Shown: positions 10,243-20,478, counted from the stretch's first letter. The stretch is DNA of 64,000 nt from Candidatus Bathyarchaeota archaeon (GCA_963806535.1 CAWDYC010000003.1:352001-416000), one strand, 5' to 3'. Notes: generated by a model from the letters alone, not told the origin. Translations and numbers: made by a program.

Positions 10243-11272
10243 AATAAAGCCCCTCAATGTACTTCGCGTTGTAGAGTCTTTCCTTTAAGTCTACGTTAAA
10301 GTAGTCTGCGACTGGTTGAAGAATTTTTGGATTTGTTTCATAGACTTTCCGCACGTTCGTCAGCACTACATCTAAACCGGCGCGGGTCATCTTTCCTAAG
10401 GGTTGCCTGCATGGGCCAGAAGGCATTCCAAGCACATTCATAACCGTTTTGTAAGCTAACGGATTTCTTGCTTTGCATGCTATTGGTCCATAGGGCGTTT
10501 GCTCGTGAGTCTTCACGGTAACTAAACTGAAAAGCGGTTGTAATGCTTGAGCGATTACACTAGCGGCTTCCTCATTACCATCCAGCAGGTAGTGCACCAT
10601 ATCCACGACTGCGCTTGGAACAACATTAGATATTACTGAAATGACGCCTGTTGCGCCGATGTCTGGCGAAATCATCATTGTATAGGTTTTGTCATCATCG
10701 CCTGAGAGGATGTCGAAGTCTTCTCCGCAGAGCTTACGAGTTAACTCCATGTTTTTTAAATCGCCAGTTGCCTCTTTTACACATCGAACGTTTGAGTATT
10801 GATGATGAAGAATTGCGAGGTCTTGGGGATAAAGCTGAGTGCCAGTCCTGCCAGGAATAATATATGGAATTAACTGAATTTCGGGAAACTGCCTTGCGAT
10901 TGGCTCTATGTACTCTTTGCGAATTTCCATGGAACTTGGCCCGTTATAGTAAGGGTCTACAAGAAGAACACATTTTATACCTAAACTCTGGGCATGTTCA
11001 GTGCCATCGATGGCTTCCTGAGTTGAGTTACTTCCTGTTCCCGCAATTGTTAAGCACCTAGCGCCTGCATATTCATGGGTTTTTTCAATTACTTTATTAT
11101 GTTCGTGCCAGTCCAAAGTAGGGCTTTCGCCTGTTGTGCCAACGGCAAGAATACCTTTTGCGCCTTGTTTTATTTGGAAATCTACAAGCCGACTCAAGCC
11201 TTCGTAATCGACTTGGCGATTACTGGTCATGGGAGTTATTAGTGCAGTGTAACAACCGCTAAATGTAACCAT
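10235..11272 (-). CDS. dapA: 4-hydroxy-tetrahydrodipicolinate synthase
   Basis: GTTGES, PYYN, KEATG, LSGDD; first gene of the lysine operon. Confidence 0.95.
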   Translation of the reverse strand: MVTFSGCYTALITPMTSNRQVDYEGLSRLVDFQIKQGAKGILAVGTTGESPTLDWHEHNKVIEKTHEYAGARCLTIAGTGSNSTQEAIDGTEHAQSLGIKCVLLVDPYYNGPSSMEIRKEYIEPIARQFPEIQLIPYIIPGRTGTQLYPQDLAILHHQYSNVRCVKEATGDLKNMELTRKLCGEDFDILSGDDDKTYTMMISPDIGATGVISVISNVVPSAVVDMVHYLLDGNEEAASVIAQALQPLFSLVTVKTHEQTPYGPIACKARNPLAYKTVMNVLGMPSGPCRQPLGKMTRAGLDVVLTNVRKVYETNPKILQPVADYFNVDLKERLYNAKYIEGLYYA

Positions 11273-11427
11273 TCTTGATTCCTCAATTAGGCGAGGTACA
11301 ATGCTTTGCTTTCTATATAAGCGTTACGTTTTACTGATTATTTTTACTAAAAACGGACTAGTTCCCCGTGAATGATGCAAATTAAATCAAGACTCTGATT
11401 CTTTTCGTAAATTAACGAATCATGGGT

Positions 11428-11742
11428 CTAACTCTCTAATGGAACAACATAATATGCGCAAAAAATGCCATTATATTCAACATAAAGCCCACGTAGATAT
11501 GCAAGAGCATCATCAAGAAACAAAGCTGAAGGAATCACCAAACGGTAATTATCCGACCGAACAACCTCATCCAATTTACCCGTCTCCCTCTTCACAATCT
11601 TCATTCTTAGAACATTGCGACCAGAGAGATAAACAGCGAATTCTCCGCGGAATTGATCCCCCTTTCGGACATCAATTGTTTTTTTGCCCGAACTTAACCA
11701 TTCGAACGCTTCTTTTTTGGTACGGAAAACTGGCAATGTCAC
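11428..11742 (-). CDS. ASCH/PUA-like domain protein
   Basis: FEWLSSGKKTIDVR matches the ASCH GxKxxExR signature. Start trimmed to GTG 11742 to avoid overlap with rpl24e. Confidence 0.65.
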   Translation of the reverse strand: MTLPVFRTKKEAFEWLSSGKKTIDVRKGDQFRGEFAVYLSGRNVLRMKIVKRETGKLDEVVRSDNYRLVIPSALFLDDALAYLRGLYVEYNGIFCAYYVVPLES

Positions 11743-11852
11743 ACCTTGAATTGCAACGTTAATGATTAGAAGATAAACTTTCGGTAAGAAGTCTGATAAC
11801 AAATTAAATGAAGTATGAAAAAATGGGTTGAAATTTTGGAAAGAACTCGGTT

Positions 11853-12050
11853 TTAACCTTTGCCTTTCTCTTCTTTGCCGAAATACTTGGTCCACTTTAG
11901 TTTACGTGCATCTCGTTTGAATTGCAAGGAACTTTTTTTGCATTTGCCAGAATCGAACCAGAGAATTGATCCATCGTTTTTGACGAACATCATGCCTGTG
12001 CCAGCTGGGAAATCAGCACCACAGAACGAACATTTACGGTTTTTTGGCAT
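11853..12050 (-). CDS. rpl24e: 50S ribosomal protein L24e
   Basis: CSFCG...GTGMMFVKNDG...LKWT. Confidence 0.96.
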   Translation of the reverse strand: MPKNRKCSFCGADFPAGTGMMFVKNDGSILWFDSGKCKKSSLQFKRDARKLKWTKYFGKEEKGKG

Positions 12051-12071
12051 GACAATTTTTCTCCAATGTTG

Positions 12072-12290
12072 TTATCTTGTGATTTTCTTAGCTTCTCTTT
12101 CTGTTTCTCGCAGCATCAGAATATCTTGAACTCGCACTGGTCCTTTAACATTGCGTGTGATAATTCTACCTTTATCTTTGCCTTCCATTATGCGCACACG
12201 AACCTGTGAGATTTCGCCAGTGACACCAGTTCGACCTATGACTTGAATAACCTCTGACGGAATCGGTTCTTCAGCTGCTTCTTTACTCAT
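12072..12290 (-). CDS. rps28e: 30S ribosomal protein S28e
   Basis: IGRTGVTGE...RNVKGPVR...ETEREA. Confidence 0.97.
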   Translation of the reverse strand: MSKEAAEEPIPSEVIQVIGRTGVTGEISQVRVRIMEGKDKGRIITRNVKGPVRVQDILMLRETEREAKKITR

Positions 12291-12670
12291 TACTGAGTTC
12301 CTCGTTTAACCTGGTCAATTCGTGTTACTATTTCTTTGATTAGGCCTGCGGCTTCGCCTTCTTTGAGAATGCATGCTGCGGCACATTGAACGTCTATACC
12401 TATTGCGGCGCCTAGTTTTTCTTTGCTTGGGACGAACACGTATGGTATTTTTCTTTCTTCGCAGAGAAGCGGTAAATGAGCCACTACTTCCGGTGGATCA
12501 ACATCTTCAGCTATAACGACAAGTTTCGCTATGGATCGCTCAACAGCTTTTGTAGCTTCATTTGTTCCTTTCCTAACTACTCCTGATTTAGAAGCAATCG
12601 TTAGGGCTTCATAGGCTGCATCTACGATTTCTTTCGGTACTTCATATTTTACATAGAATGGTTTAGACAT
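12290..12670 (-). CDS. rpl7ae: 50S ribosomal protein L7Ae
   Basis: [27 protein letters not shown]. Confidence 0.97.
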   Translation of the reverse strand: MSKPFYVKYEVPKEIVDAAYEALTIASKSGVVRKGTNEATKAVERSIAKLVVIAEDVDPPEVVAHLPLLCEERKIPYVFVPSKEKLGAAIGIDVQCAAACILKEGEAAGLIKEIVTRIDQVKRGTQ

Positions 12671-12805
12671 ATTAGCCTCACCCTTTTAAGGCACAGTCTT
12701 ATCCACACTTCTTATTTAAGAAGCTTTCTGCTGCAAAACTTCAGTCTAAACTTTCAGCTTTTAAAGCTCTTAGAAAGCTTTAAATAAGCTATTACGAGTT
12801 CCTAC

Positions 12806-13081
12806 ATGTTTTTCGAGAGGGGAATGGCGCATTTGCAGAAACTGGGCAGAATAAGGGCGTTAACTCCATCAAAAAACATGATTGTTAAAACTGAACAAGC
12901 TCCCAGAATTGGCTCAGAAGTTATTGATGAGAACTTAAATGTTGTAGGTAAAGTTTTTGATATAATAGGTCCAGTATCCGCTCCTTATGCAGTTGTCAAA
13001 CCAACAATTAGGGAACCCGCTAAATTATTGGATAAACCGGTTTACTTGCTTCTCTCGAAAACGACACGGAGCAAAAAATGA
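12806..13081 (+). CDS. gar1: H/ACA RNP component Gar1
   Basis: VGKVFDIIGPVSAPY; conserved position upstream of tfb. Confidence 0.88.
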   Translation: MFFERGMAHLQKLGRIRALTPSKNMIVKTEQAPRIGSEVIDENLNVVGKVFDIIGPVSAPYAVVKPTIREPAKLLDKPVYLLLSKTTRSKK

Positions 13082-14041
13082 ATGAGCAGAGACAGCAAGT
13101 TAGAAATAGATCTAACACCAAAAACAGAACCTGCCAAAATCCAATCATGTCCTGAATGCGGCAGCACCCGACTTATGCGCGACTATGAATGTGCCGAAAT
13201 AGTTTGTATGGACTGCGGTTTTGTTGTAGCAGCCAAAATAGCAGATCGGGGACCTGAATGGAGAGCCTTTGATGATGAACAAAGATCAAAGCGCACTAGA
13301 GTTGGAGCACCCTTAACTTATACAATCCACGACAAAGGTTTGTCAACAACAATTGATTGGCATGACCGAGACATTTATGGAAAAAGTCTTTCACCAGGGC
13401 AGAAAGCCCAAGTTTATCGCCTTAGAAAATGGCAAAGGCGTATCAGAGTTTCAGACGCTACTGAAAGGAATTTGGCATTTGCATTGTCTGAAATTACAAA
13501 GATTTCTAACAACTTGAACTTGCCAAAAAACATTCTTGAAACAGCCTCAGTGATTTACAGAAAAGCAGTGAAAGAACGCTTAATTCGAGGCAGATCAATT
13601 CAAGGGGTTACGTCAGCAGCAATTTACTTGGCATGCAGACAATGCGGGTTACCTCGAACTTTAGACGAAATAGCTCAATCTTCAACAGTGAATAAAAAGG
13701 AAGTTGGCAGAAGCTACCGTTTCCTTATCAGAGAATTAAACTATTCAATTCCACCGCTTAGGCCAAGCCAATACATAACCAAGTTTTCTAACCAGTTGAC
13801 AATGCAGGGAAAAGTCGAAGAAATCGCACATAAGATCTTGGCGGCTGCAAAAGAACTAAAACTCACATCAGGAAGAGGACCAACAGGAATCGCGGCAGCA
13901 GCAAGTTACGTAGCATCCGTATTGACTGGTGAGAGAAAGACCCAGAGAGAAATCGCGGAGATTGCACAAGTCACTGAGGTTACCATAAGGAACAGATACA
14001 AAGAACTCGTTGAACGCTTAATGTTCCAGATAAGTATCTAA
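13082..14041 (+). CDS. tfb: Transcription initiation factor IIB (TFB)
   Basis: CPECG Zn ribbon, GPEWRAF, two cyclin repeats, [13 protein letters not shown]. Confidence 0.98.
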   Translation: MSRDSKLEIDLTPKTEPAKIQSCPECGSTRLMRDYECAEIVCMDCGFVVAAKIADRGPEWRAFDDEQRSKRTRVGAPLTYTIHDKGLSTTIDWHDRDIYGKSLSPGQKAQVYRLRKWQRRIRVSDATERNLAFALSEITKISNNLNLPKNILETASVIYRKAVKERLIRGRSIQGVTSAAIYLACRQCGLPRTLDEIAQSSTVNKKEVGRSYRFLIRELNYSIPPLRPSQYITKFSNQLTMQGKVEEIAHKILAAAKELKLTSGRGPTGIAAAASYVASVLTGERKTQREIAEIAQVTEVTIRNRYKELVERLMFQISI

Positions 14042-14078
14042 TTCCTTTTTTTATTTTGTTTAAGACGGGTTTCAGCTA

Positions 14079-14372
14079 ATGGTTAACTCAGACGGGGCAA
14101 AACTCGATGCACCGAAAATCGAAGAGTTAGTTGTTAAACTTAGGCAAATACAGTTAGATCTTAAGCTGAGCTTATCTGATTTACATCAAAAAATAGAAAC
14201 CTTAGATACAAAACCGGACTTGTTAAGCAACAACCCTGAAAGTTTCCAGGAAAACGCAGAATCCCGGGCAACCAACTTGGAAGCTGAAGTAAAACAACTG
14301 CGTGAACAAATTACAGCCATTAGAGAACTTTTAGGGTTGAATAAGGGAAAAAACCTTACTGATTCCAATTAG
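14079..14372 (+). CDS. Small coiled-coil hypothetical protein
   Basis: Heptad-rich ORF co-oriented with tfb. Confidence 0.55.
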   Translation: MVNSDGAKLDAPKIEELVVKLRQIQLDLKLSLSDLHQKIETLDTKPDLLSNNPESFQENAESRATNLEAEVKQLREQITAIRELLGLNKGKNLTDSN

Positions 14373-14415
14373 GAGCACAGTTATTCTTTTAAGCACGAAA
14401 TAGCTATCCTAAGAC

Positions 14416-15030
14416 ATGCCCTATAGATTTACCTTTGACCTGTCAAAGGTTCCGCGCTTTTTCTTCACAGAAATTGCTACAGTAAGCTATCAAAAAGGCA
14501 TGCATAAAAGTCTACTTGATAAGCTACAAAACCTCATAATTAAATTTAGAATTGAAGAGGCTACTGGCCTTAACATTAATGATGCAATTGTTTTGCTTCA
14601 GGATTTTATTGATGTCCAAGCTGTTAACATGATTGAACGGAATAAATTCTTGCAAACCAAGAAAAGAGCTCTTTTCCTGCCTCACTGCTCAAGAAAATAC
14701 TTGGACTGCCGATGTAAAGCCTCTTTTAACCCAGATATTCCATCATACACTTGTGCTCACTGCTCAGAAGATTGCTTAGTAAACCAGTCCTCCAGACAGG
14801 CTGCAACAAAAGGTTACGATGTTTTCATTGTACCAGGTGGCTCATGTATTCCTAAAATTTTGAAAAACACCAATTACGAAGGCGTTGTAGGTGTTGCTTG
14901 TGGAGAGGAAATCAAAATGTTTGGTCCTTTTTTGAATAGTATAGGTCTTGCAGGTCAAGCTATACCGCTGATTAAGAACGGCTGTGCAAACACCGTTTTC
15001 AACATGGACACACTCGCTAACGCTCTGTAG
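14416..15030 (+). CDS. DUF116-family Cys-rich protein
   Basis: LFLPHC, CxxCxxxC, IVPGGS, GVACxxE, PLxxxGC. Confidence 0.8.
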   Translation: MPYRFTFDLSKVPRFFFTEIATVSYQKGMHKSLLDKLQNLIIKFRIEEATGLNINDAIVLLQDFIDVQAVNMIERNKFLQTKKRALFLPHCSRKYLDCRCKASFNPDIPSYTCAHCSEDCLVNQSSRQAATKGYDVFIVPGGSCIPKILKNTNYEGVVGVACGEEIKMFGPFLNSIGLAGQAIPLIKNGCANTVFNMDTLANAL

Positions 15031-15186
15031 TCGTCATCAACAGGTTACTTATCAAGAAACCGAGATTTATCAGAATTGGATTGCCTAAAGTACTCCATTT
15101 CCTGAAAAAACTTGAAACTTCAGAGGGGCTTTTTAAAATCTGGAGAAACTAGATGTTTTACTAAGAAACAAAATAAAAGAAACCTG

Positions 15187-15348
15187 TTACTTTACAATTT
15201 CTCGTTTCTTCCAGCGCAGGTTCTTACCCTTACACTTTCTGCATTTTATTGCGGTTGAAGCATTACGGGAACCGCAGTCTCTGCAGATTTTCATGTACAA
15301 CCTATGCTGTTGCGCTATGGCTTTTTTTACTGGATCTAATATTGGCAT
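15187..15348 (-). CDS. rpl40e: 50S ribosomal protein L40e (below the ORF-track length cutoff)
   Basis: Manual translation MPILDPVKKAIAQQHRLYMKICRDCGSRNASTAIKCRKCKGKNLRWKKREIVK (53 aa). Confidence 0.93.
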   Translation of the reverse strand: MPILDPVKKAIAQQHRLYMKICRDCGSRNASTAIKCRKCKGKNLRWKKREIVK

Positions 15349-15530
15349 TTATTGTTAACCTTCTATTTTGGCTAAGTCTTTGATGGTTAAGTATCAAATA
15401 TACCTTTTGTCTGAACTTTACATTTTGCTGAAAACGAAAAAAAGCATTCAAACCAGCGAGAAAGGTGTTGACGATGCATTCTAGCCTTCTGGTGTTCTGT
15501 GCCTTGTGAATAGATTCGTAAATTGAAAAA

Positions 15531-15998
15531 TTATTGAATCTCTTCTATTGTGACATAGGAGCGTGTGTCTTCTATTCCATCGATATTGTAGAGTTTTTTT
15601 AATATTTCATCTAGATTATCCCGTTCAACAATGATTAAAGCATCCACTTCGCCAGCTATGCGGAACGCTCTTGAAACGGCGAGCTGACGAATTTGGTCGT
15701 ATACATGAATTCGTTTAATTGGCGCCACTTTTAGAAGAATAAAGGCTGGGGTTGTGGATACGCCAAGAGCGTTTAAGCCTTTGTCGGTGACGTCGATAAA
15801 TCCTCTTCCGGTTCGAATGTATCCGCGGTTTTTTAGTTTGCGTAGGTGAACGTTTAATGCTTGCCTGCTGACGCCTAATTGGCTTGATAATTCATCTTGT
15901 TTAATCCTTAACGTATAGGTATTTGTGGATTTTCCTTTTTCGTATAGTGTTTTTAAAAGTTGAATTGAACGTTTAGTTAATGGTTCCAAATTGGTCAC
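15531..15998 (-). CDS. Lrp/AsnC-like transcriptional regulator
   Basis: wHTH (QDELSSQLGVSRQALNVHLRKL) plus RAM-like C-terminus (RIAGEVD...GIEDTRS). Confidence 0.75.
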   Translation of the reverse strand: MTNLEPLTKRSIQLLKTLYEKGKSTNTYTLRIKQDELSSQLGVSRQALNVHLRKLKNRGYIRTGRGFIDVTDKGLNALGVSTTPAFILLKVAPIKRIHVYDQIRQLAVSRAFRIAGEVDALIIVERDNLDEILKKLYNIDGIEDTRSYVTIEEIQ

Positions 15999-16248
15999 TT
16001 TTGTCGTAATTTGTTAAGTTAAACCTTTACAATAGTGAGGTTGCTTAATAATTTAATGCCGAAACGCATTGTTAGAGTAATACATCTGACGATAAGGCAC
16101 AACATTCGATAATCAAAAATACACTATAACAACGGTGAGGAATGTTCAAATGTTCAGCTAGAACGTAACGCTTATACCACAATGTATTTATTTTCAGAAA
16201 AATCTTTACTGAAGCCACTTAAAAAGTAAACTAGGAGTGAAGCGAGGC

Positions 16249-16527
16249 GTGACGGAAAGCAGCGCAGTCTTAATCGGCAAAAAACCAGTCATGAACTATG
16301 TACTCGCATGCATCACTTTCTTCCATGGCGGAGCAAAAGAAGTCAGCATTAAAGCACGGGGCAGATCCATCAGCAGAGCAATAGACGTAGCTGAAGTTGT
16401 CAGACACAGATTTCTTCCAGATGTAAAAATCAAAAGCATCGGAATTGGAACAGACCAATTTGAACATGAAGAAGAAGGCACCTCAGCAACTAATGTAAGC
16501 ACAATCGAAATAACATTAGTCAGATAA
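16249..16527 (+). CDS. albA: Chromatin protein Alba
   Basis: [33 protein letters not shown]. Confidence 0.96.
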   Translation: MTESSAVLIGKKPVMNYVLACITFFHGGAKEVSIKARGRSISRAIDVAEVVRHRFLPDVKIKSIGIGTDQFEHEEEGTSATNVSTIEITLVR

Positions 16528-16572
16528 TCACAAAACCGCTTACTCCTTACTTTGCAGGATAAAAGACAAAAA

Positions 16573-17082
16573 ATGAAAACGGAACTATGCAGTTTCTGCT
16601 TAAAAAGCGGCATATTATGCCAAAAGTGTTCATCTAAAGTAAAGTCTGGCGAAATCAGCGACATAGACTTGAAAATAGCCCGTTTACTACTTTCGCTAGA
16701 AGAAAAGTATCCTTCCCTGCAAAACGTCTGCTTCTATAAGGCAGTTGATGTTGAAAAAACCTTAGCCATTATAGTTGGACATGGGGATGTTCCGAAACTT
16801 TTAGGTTATAGCGGCAAAATCATCAAAACGATAGGCGATGAAACAGGCAAGAACATTAAGGTTTTAGAATATGGTGTTGATGATCGCAAATTCCTAGAAG
16901 ACTTGTTCATACCCTTCAGCATACTAACAATCAATACTATTTGGCTTCCAGACGGAACAACTGAAACCCGAGTTATCCTTAAAAGGAAACGGGGCGCACA
17001 GTTGCCTTTTGACGTTAAGGCTTTAAAGGAAATAGCTAGTAAAGTACGTAAAATGTCCTTACGCGTTGAAATTGCAGATTAG
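16573..17082 (+). CDS. Archaeal NusA-like KH-domain protein with N-terminal Zn finger
   Basis: CSFCLKSGILCQKC plus KH-like LLGYSGKIIK; typical neighbour of alba/aspS. Confidence 0.7.
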   Translation: MKTELCSFCLKSGILCQKCSSKVKSGEISDIDLKIARLLLSLEEKYPSLQNVCFYKAVDVEKTLAIIVGHGDVPKLLGYSGKIIKTIGDETGKNIKVLEYGVDDRKFLEDLFIPFSILTINTIWLPDGTTETRVILKRKRGAQLPFDVKALKEIASKVRKMSLRVEIAD

Positions 17083-17098
17083 GGATTGGCGATAAACC

Positions 17099-18418
17099 AT
17101 GAACTTGGACTCTCTTGGTGAATGGACTAGAACTCATTATACTAGCAATGTAACATCTGAATTTGACGGTCAAGAAGTCACTCTTTTCGGTTGGGTTCAA
17201 GAAATCCGCGATTTAGGCGGCATCCGCTTCATTATACTTCAAGACCGCGAAGGAACTATCCAAATTACCATTCCTAAGAAAAGAATCGCGCCGGAAGTTT
17301 TAGCTAAATCAGATTTACTTCAGAAAAGATTCTGCTTAGCCGTCAAAGGCTCAGTTAAAAAAACTAACATGACGCCAAGAGGCATAGAAATAATCCCAAG
17401 CGCCATCAAAATCTTAAACACTGCTATTGAAGCTTTGCCCATTGACATTACAGGTAAAACTCCTGCTAATATTGAAGCTCGTTTAGACGCGAGAGCTTTA
17501 GATCTGACGCAGGAGAAGGTGTTAGCAGCTTTCAAAATTCAACATACCGCTCTCAACGCAATAAGAGACTATTTGTTTGAGAAGGGATTTTTAGAAGTTC
17601 ACACGCCACGCATTATAGCATCAGCAACAGAAGGCGGCGCAGAACTTTTCTCTGTTAAATATTTTGATCAAAAAGCCTACCTTGCTCAAAGCCCACAACT
17701 CTACAAAGAAGAATTGACATTGAGCTTTGAGAAAGTGTTTGAGGTTGGCCCATTCTTCAGGGCAGAGGAATCTCATACGCGAAGGCACCTTAGTGAGTTC
17801 ACATCTGTTGATATTGAGCAGGCTTTTGCTAATGCAGAAGAGGTCATGACGCTTCTGGAACAAGTTATACATCATGCTTGCGTTACTGTTAGAGAAAAAT
17901 GTGTGGCTGAGCTTTCAGCATTAAAATATAAGTTTGAAGTGCCCGAGGTTCCATTCAAACGTTTAACCTATACTCAAGTTCTCGAGGACCTTAAGGGTCA
18001 AGGCGTGGCGATTCCATGGGGCGAAGACATCCCAACCGAAGCATTCCGAGAACTCGCCAAACTCTACCCATTCTTCTACTTCATAACTGAATGGCCGACC
18101 CATGCAAAGGCCTTCTACATTAAACCCCGGGATGACAAACCAGAAGTCTGCGAAGGCTTCGATCTGATGTGGCGTTACATCGAGCTTGTTTCAGGCGGCA
18201 CAAGAATCAGCCAAAAAGACCAGTTAATGAATAGGATGCAAGAAAAAGAGCTTAACCCTGAATCCTTCAAATACCATCTACAAGCCTTCGACTATGGAAT
18301 GCCGCCTCATGCAGGTTGGGCGATTGGGCTCGAACGACTAACGATGATTTTGAGCGGGAAAAAGAATATCCGAGAAGTAACTCTGTATCCACGGGATCGA
18401 GCAAGGCTGACTCCTTAG
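17099..18418 (+). CDS. aspS: Aspartyl-tRNA synthetase, archaeal, probably non-discriminating
   Basis: OB-fold (GWVQEIRDLGG), LAQSPQLYK, FRAEES, GMPPHAGWAIGLERL. Confidence 0.96.
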   Translation: MNLDSLGEWTRTHYTSNVTSEFDGQEVTLFGWVQEIRDLGGIRFIILQDREGTIQITIPKKRIAPEVLAKSDLLQKRFCLAVKGSVKKTNMTPRGIEIIPSAIKILNTAIEALPIDITGKTPANIEARLDARALDLTQEKVLAAFKIQHTALNAIRDYLFEKGFLEVHTPRIIASATEGGAELFSVKYFDQKAYLAQSPQLYKEELTLSFEKVFEVGPFFRAEESHTRRHLSEFTSVDIEQAFANAEEVMTLLEQVIHHACVTVREKCVAELSALKYKFEVPEVPFKRLTYTQVLEDLKGQGVAIPWGEDIPTEAFRELAKLYPFFYFITEWPTHAKAFYIKPRDDKPEVCEGFDLMWRYIELVSGGTRISQKDQLMNRMQEKELNPESFKYHLQAFDYGMPPHAGWAIGLERLTMILSGKKNIREVTLYPRDRARLTP

Positions 18419-18595
18419 ATCGAGTTCAGCTTTTGGGTTTTGAAATCTGCATTTCTTTATTGAAAAATTTTAAATTTTATTTTGAAGCTTTTTCTTCAAT
18501 TTTGACGCTTGGGATTTTGGGGGAAGTTTGGATTGGGCCTGGATTGACGAAAGCTTGGAGATGGCGGCTTTTGGTTTTTAAAGTTGTGAAGGAAT

Positions 18596-18658
18596 TTGAC
18601 GTGGTTTTGCGCTGTTTTGACGTGATCTTGCGCATACTTGACGTGTTTTTGCGTATTT
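18596..18658 (+). repeat. Three imperfect 21-bp tandem repeats (TTGACGTG-N3-TTGCG-N5)
   Basis: ttgacgtggttttgcgctgtt / ttgacgtgatcttgcgcatac / ttgacgtgtttttgcgtattt. Confidence 0.75.
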
Positions 18659-18808
18659 TGAACGAACAAAAAATTTGCGCCATATCTTCTTCGCGGTTTG
18701 GCGGCCAATGATTTAGAACTCAAAATAGGTGACCGGCCAAATTGAAGTACGACACAGCGAAAAGTCATTCAAGAAGCTTAAACCAAAAGCCGCAGCCCAC
18801 TTAGAACC

Positions 18809-18851
18809 TTGACTAAAATCAAGCCAGGAGATTTTACGAATACGATTTTAC
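18809..18851 (+). repeat. Degenerate copy of the island junction element
   Basis: TTGACT-aaaatca-AGCCAG-gagat-TTTACG-N7-TTTTAC. Confidence 0.5.
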
Positions 18852-18900
18852 GAAATTAAACTTATCAATTCTAAAAAATAGTAGCTATTGATAATAATTA

Positions 18901-19350
18901 TCACCTAGTGTCCAAATGAAAGCCTAACGCTAGCAAAACAAAGTAAATTACTATTGTCATGACAATCATAACAAATATGATTAACAAAACCTCGAACATG
19001 CCACCTCGTGGTTTGAGTTTTCCATCGGCGAGCACTGGGAAAGCTATCATCCAATCAAGAACATCATGTCCTTCTTCAGTAAGCATGTACCTGTCGCTAA
19101 TGTCTTCCGAACCAACTTCTTGTTGAAATTGATAATTCTCAGCTTTTGCTTTTGTAACTAGGTCACGCAAAATCTTTAATTCATTGTAGAGTTGCATTTG
19201 GTCATCAATTTTTACGTCTTTCATTAATTCATCAAAACTTAGTTTGTCGTGCTGACCTAACTTTAAAAGTATCTTTTGCCTGATTGGGTCTTTTAAGAAT
19301 TCACGCCATCGAGCAAACCTATCCGCCTCGGTCATAACATCTTGTTCCAC
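18901..19350 (-). CDS. Winged-HTH protein with C-terminal transmembrane helix
   Basis: LKDPIRQKILLKL...LSFDELM...YMLTEEG wHTH pattern; hydrophobic 22-aa tail. Confidence 0.65.
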   Translation of the reverse strand: MEQDVMTEADRFARWREFLKDPIRQKILLKLGQHDKLSFDELMKDVKIDDQMQLYNELKILRDLVTKAKAENYQFQQEVGSEDISDRYMLTEEGHDVLDWMIAFPVLADGKLKPRGGMFEVLLIIFVMIVMTIVIYFVLLALGFHLDTR

Positions 19351-19476
19351 AATGTACCAAAATTAATCTTTCCCAACTTCACCTACTCAACTAATTCAAA
19401 ATTCTTGATAGATGTTGTGTTCTGACTACAGTCCTTTCTTCACAAACTTAGATAAAATTCCCTCCCGCAAAAGCAC

Positions 19477-19529
19477 AGTCAATAAACTTTGAATAACCCC
19501 AGTCAAGAGACCTTACGAATAGCTTTTAT
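19477..19529 (+). repeat. Junction element A (double box plus BRE/TATA)
   Basis: AGTCAA-taaact-TTGAAT-aacccc-AGTCAA-gagac-CTTACG-aatagc-TTTTAT. Confidence 0.8.
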
Positions 19530-19562
19530 TCAAAGGTAAACAGCATAGGAAAAAGAGAACCA

Positions 19563-20081
19563 ATGCAATTGACACGACCGAAAATTAATGCTAATATCTT
19601 AACATCAGGAACAGTTCTAACAATATTTGGAGCCCTATTTTTGCAATGGGCATTACAGCCAGAAATGGAACCTTACAACTTGTTTTCTGCATTTATGCTT
19701 TACTTCGCAAGTCTAGTTTGTATTGTGACAGGTATCTCACTCATTGCCTTGAGCTTTACCGCTTTAACAAACACTATAAAGAAAACTTTCCTGAAAAAAG
19801 ATGAACTAAACGATTGGTTCAAAGGGACTATCTTTCTTAATGGCCTATTGCTTGTTCTCTACATATCGTTTGACGCTTTCGCCTGGTTCAACATAGTAGG
19901 CATATTTTCATTTAGCGGATATTATTCAACATACAACTTCTTGATTAATACCATTTTCATGTCTAGAACGGGCACTTTCTTTTTCCAAAATACGCCTTTA
20001 ATGTTTTTTATAACATCGTCTTTTGTAAATATCGCGTATATGTCTATAATGATTTACAAAAACAAAAGCAGAGGTCAATGA
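19563..20081 (+). CDS. Multi-pass membrane protein
   Basis: About four hydrophobic segments; preceded by junction element A. Confidence 0.65.
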   Translation: MQLTRPKINANILTSGTVLTIFGALFLQWALQPEMEPYNLFSAFMLYFASLVCIVTGISLIALSFTALTNTIKKTFLKKDELNDWFKGTIFLNGLLLVLYISFDAFAWFNIVGIFSFSGYYSTYNFLINTIFMSRTGTFFFQNTPLMFFITSSFVNIAYMSIMIYKNKSRGQ

Positions 20082-20361
20082 AAACCCGAGAAATGCCTGG
20101 CTGAAAGTACCCATCACCATTTTGCTAAACATTCTCCTAATAATTTCCTACATAGGACTGGATGATTTTGCATGGCATAACATGACAAATGGACATACAA
20201 TAAGTTCACATTACAGCTTATGGGTAAGTTCCTTCACAATAAACTTTGGAGACACCTTAACATACACCAACATACCTTTACTCATTTTTGCCTTGACATT
20301 GATTCTGAATGGGTTGGTAGTGATCAAAACCAATAAACAATTTAGGGTCAACCGTTTGTAG
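20078..20361 (+). CDS. Small membrane protein, paralog of the C-terminal half of 19563-20081 (5' end possibly frameshifted)
   Basis: LNILLIISYIGLDDFAW...TNIPLLIF parallels LNGLLLVLYISFDAFAW...QNTPLMFF. The upstream ATG at 20078 is out of frame. Confidence 0.5.
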
Positions 20362-20399
20362 ACCTTTTCAAATTGCATAATCCACATTATTTTTAGCCA

Positions 20400-20454
20400 A
20401 GTAAACAAACATTGACTAACCTCAGTCAAGAGACCTTTACGAGAAGCCTTTTAT
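20400..20454 (+). repeat. Junction element B (double box plus BRE/TATA)
   Basis: AGTAAA-caaaca-TTGACT-aacctc-AGTCAA-gagacc-TTTACG-agaagcc-TTTTAT, about 25 nt before the ATG. Confidence 0.85.
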
Positions 20455-20478
20455 CGTAAACTCTTTCTAATACCAAGC

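Noticed and set aside
18316-18768. ORFs 18316-18711, 18477-18683 and 18496-18768
   Set aside because: Three mutually overlapping frames over a repeat-containing region with no recognisable motifs.
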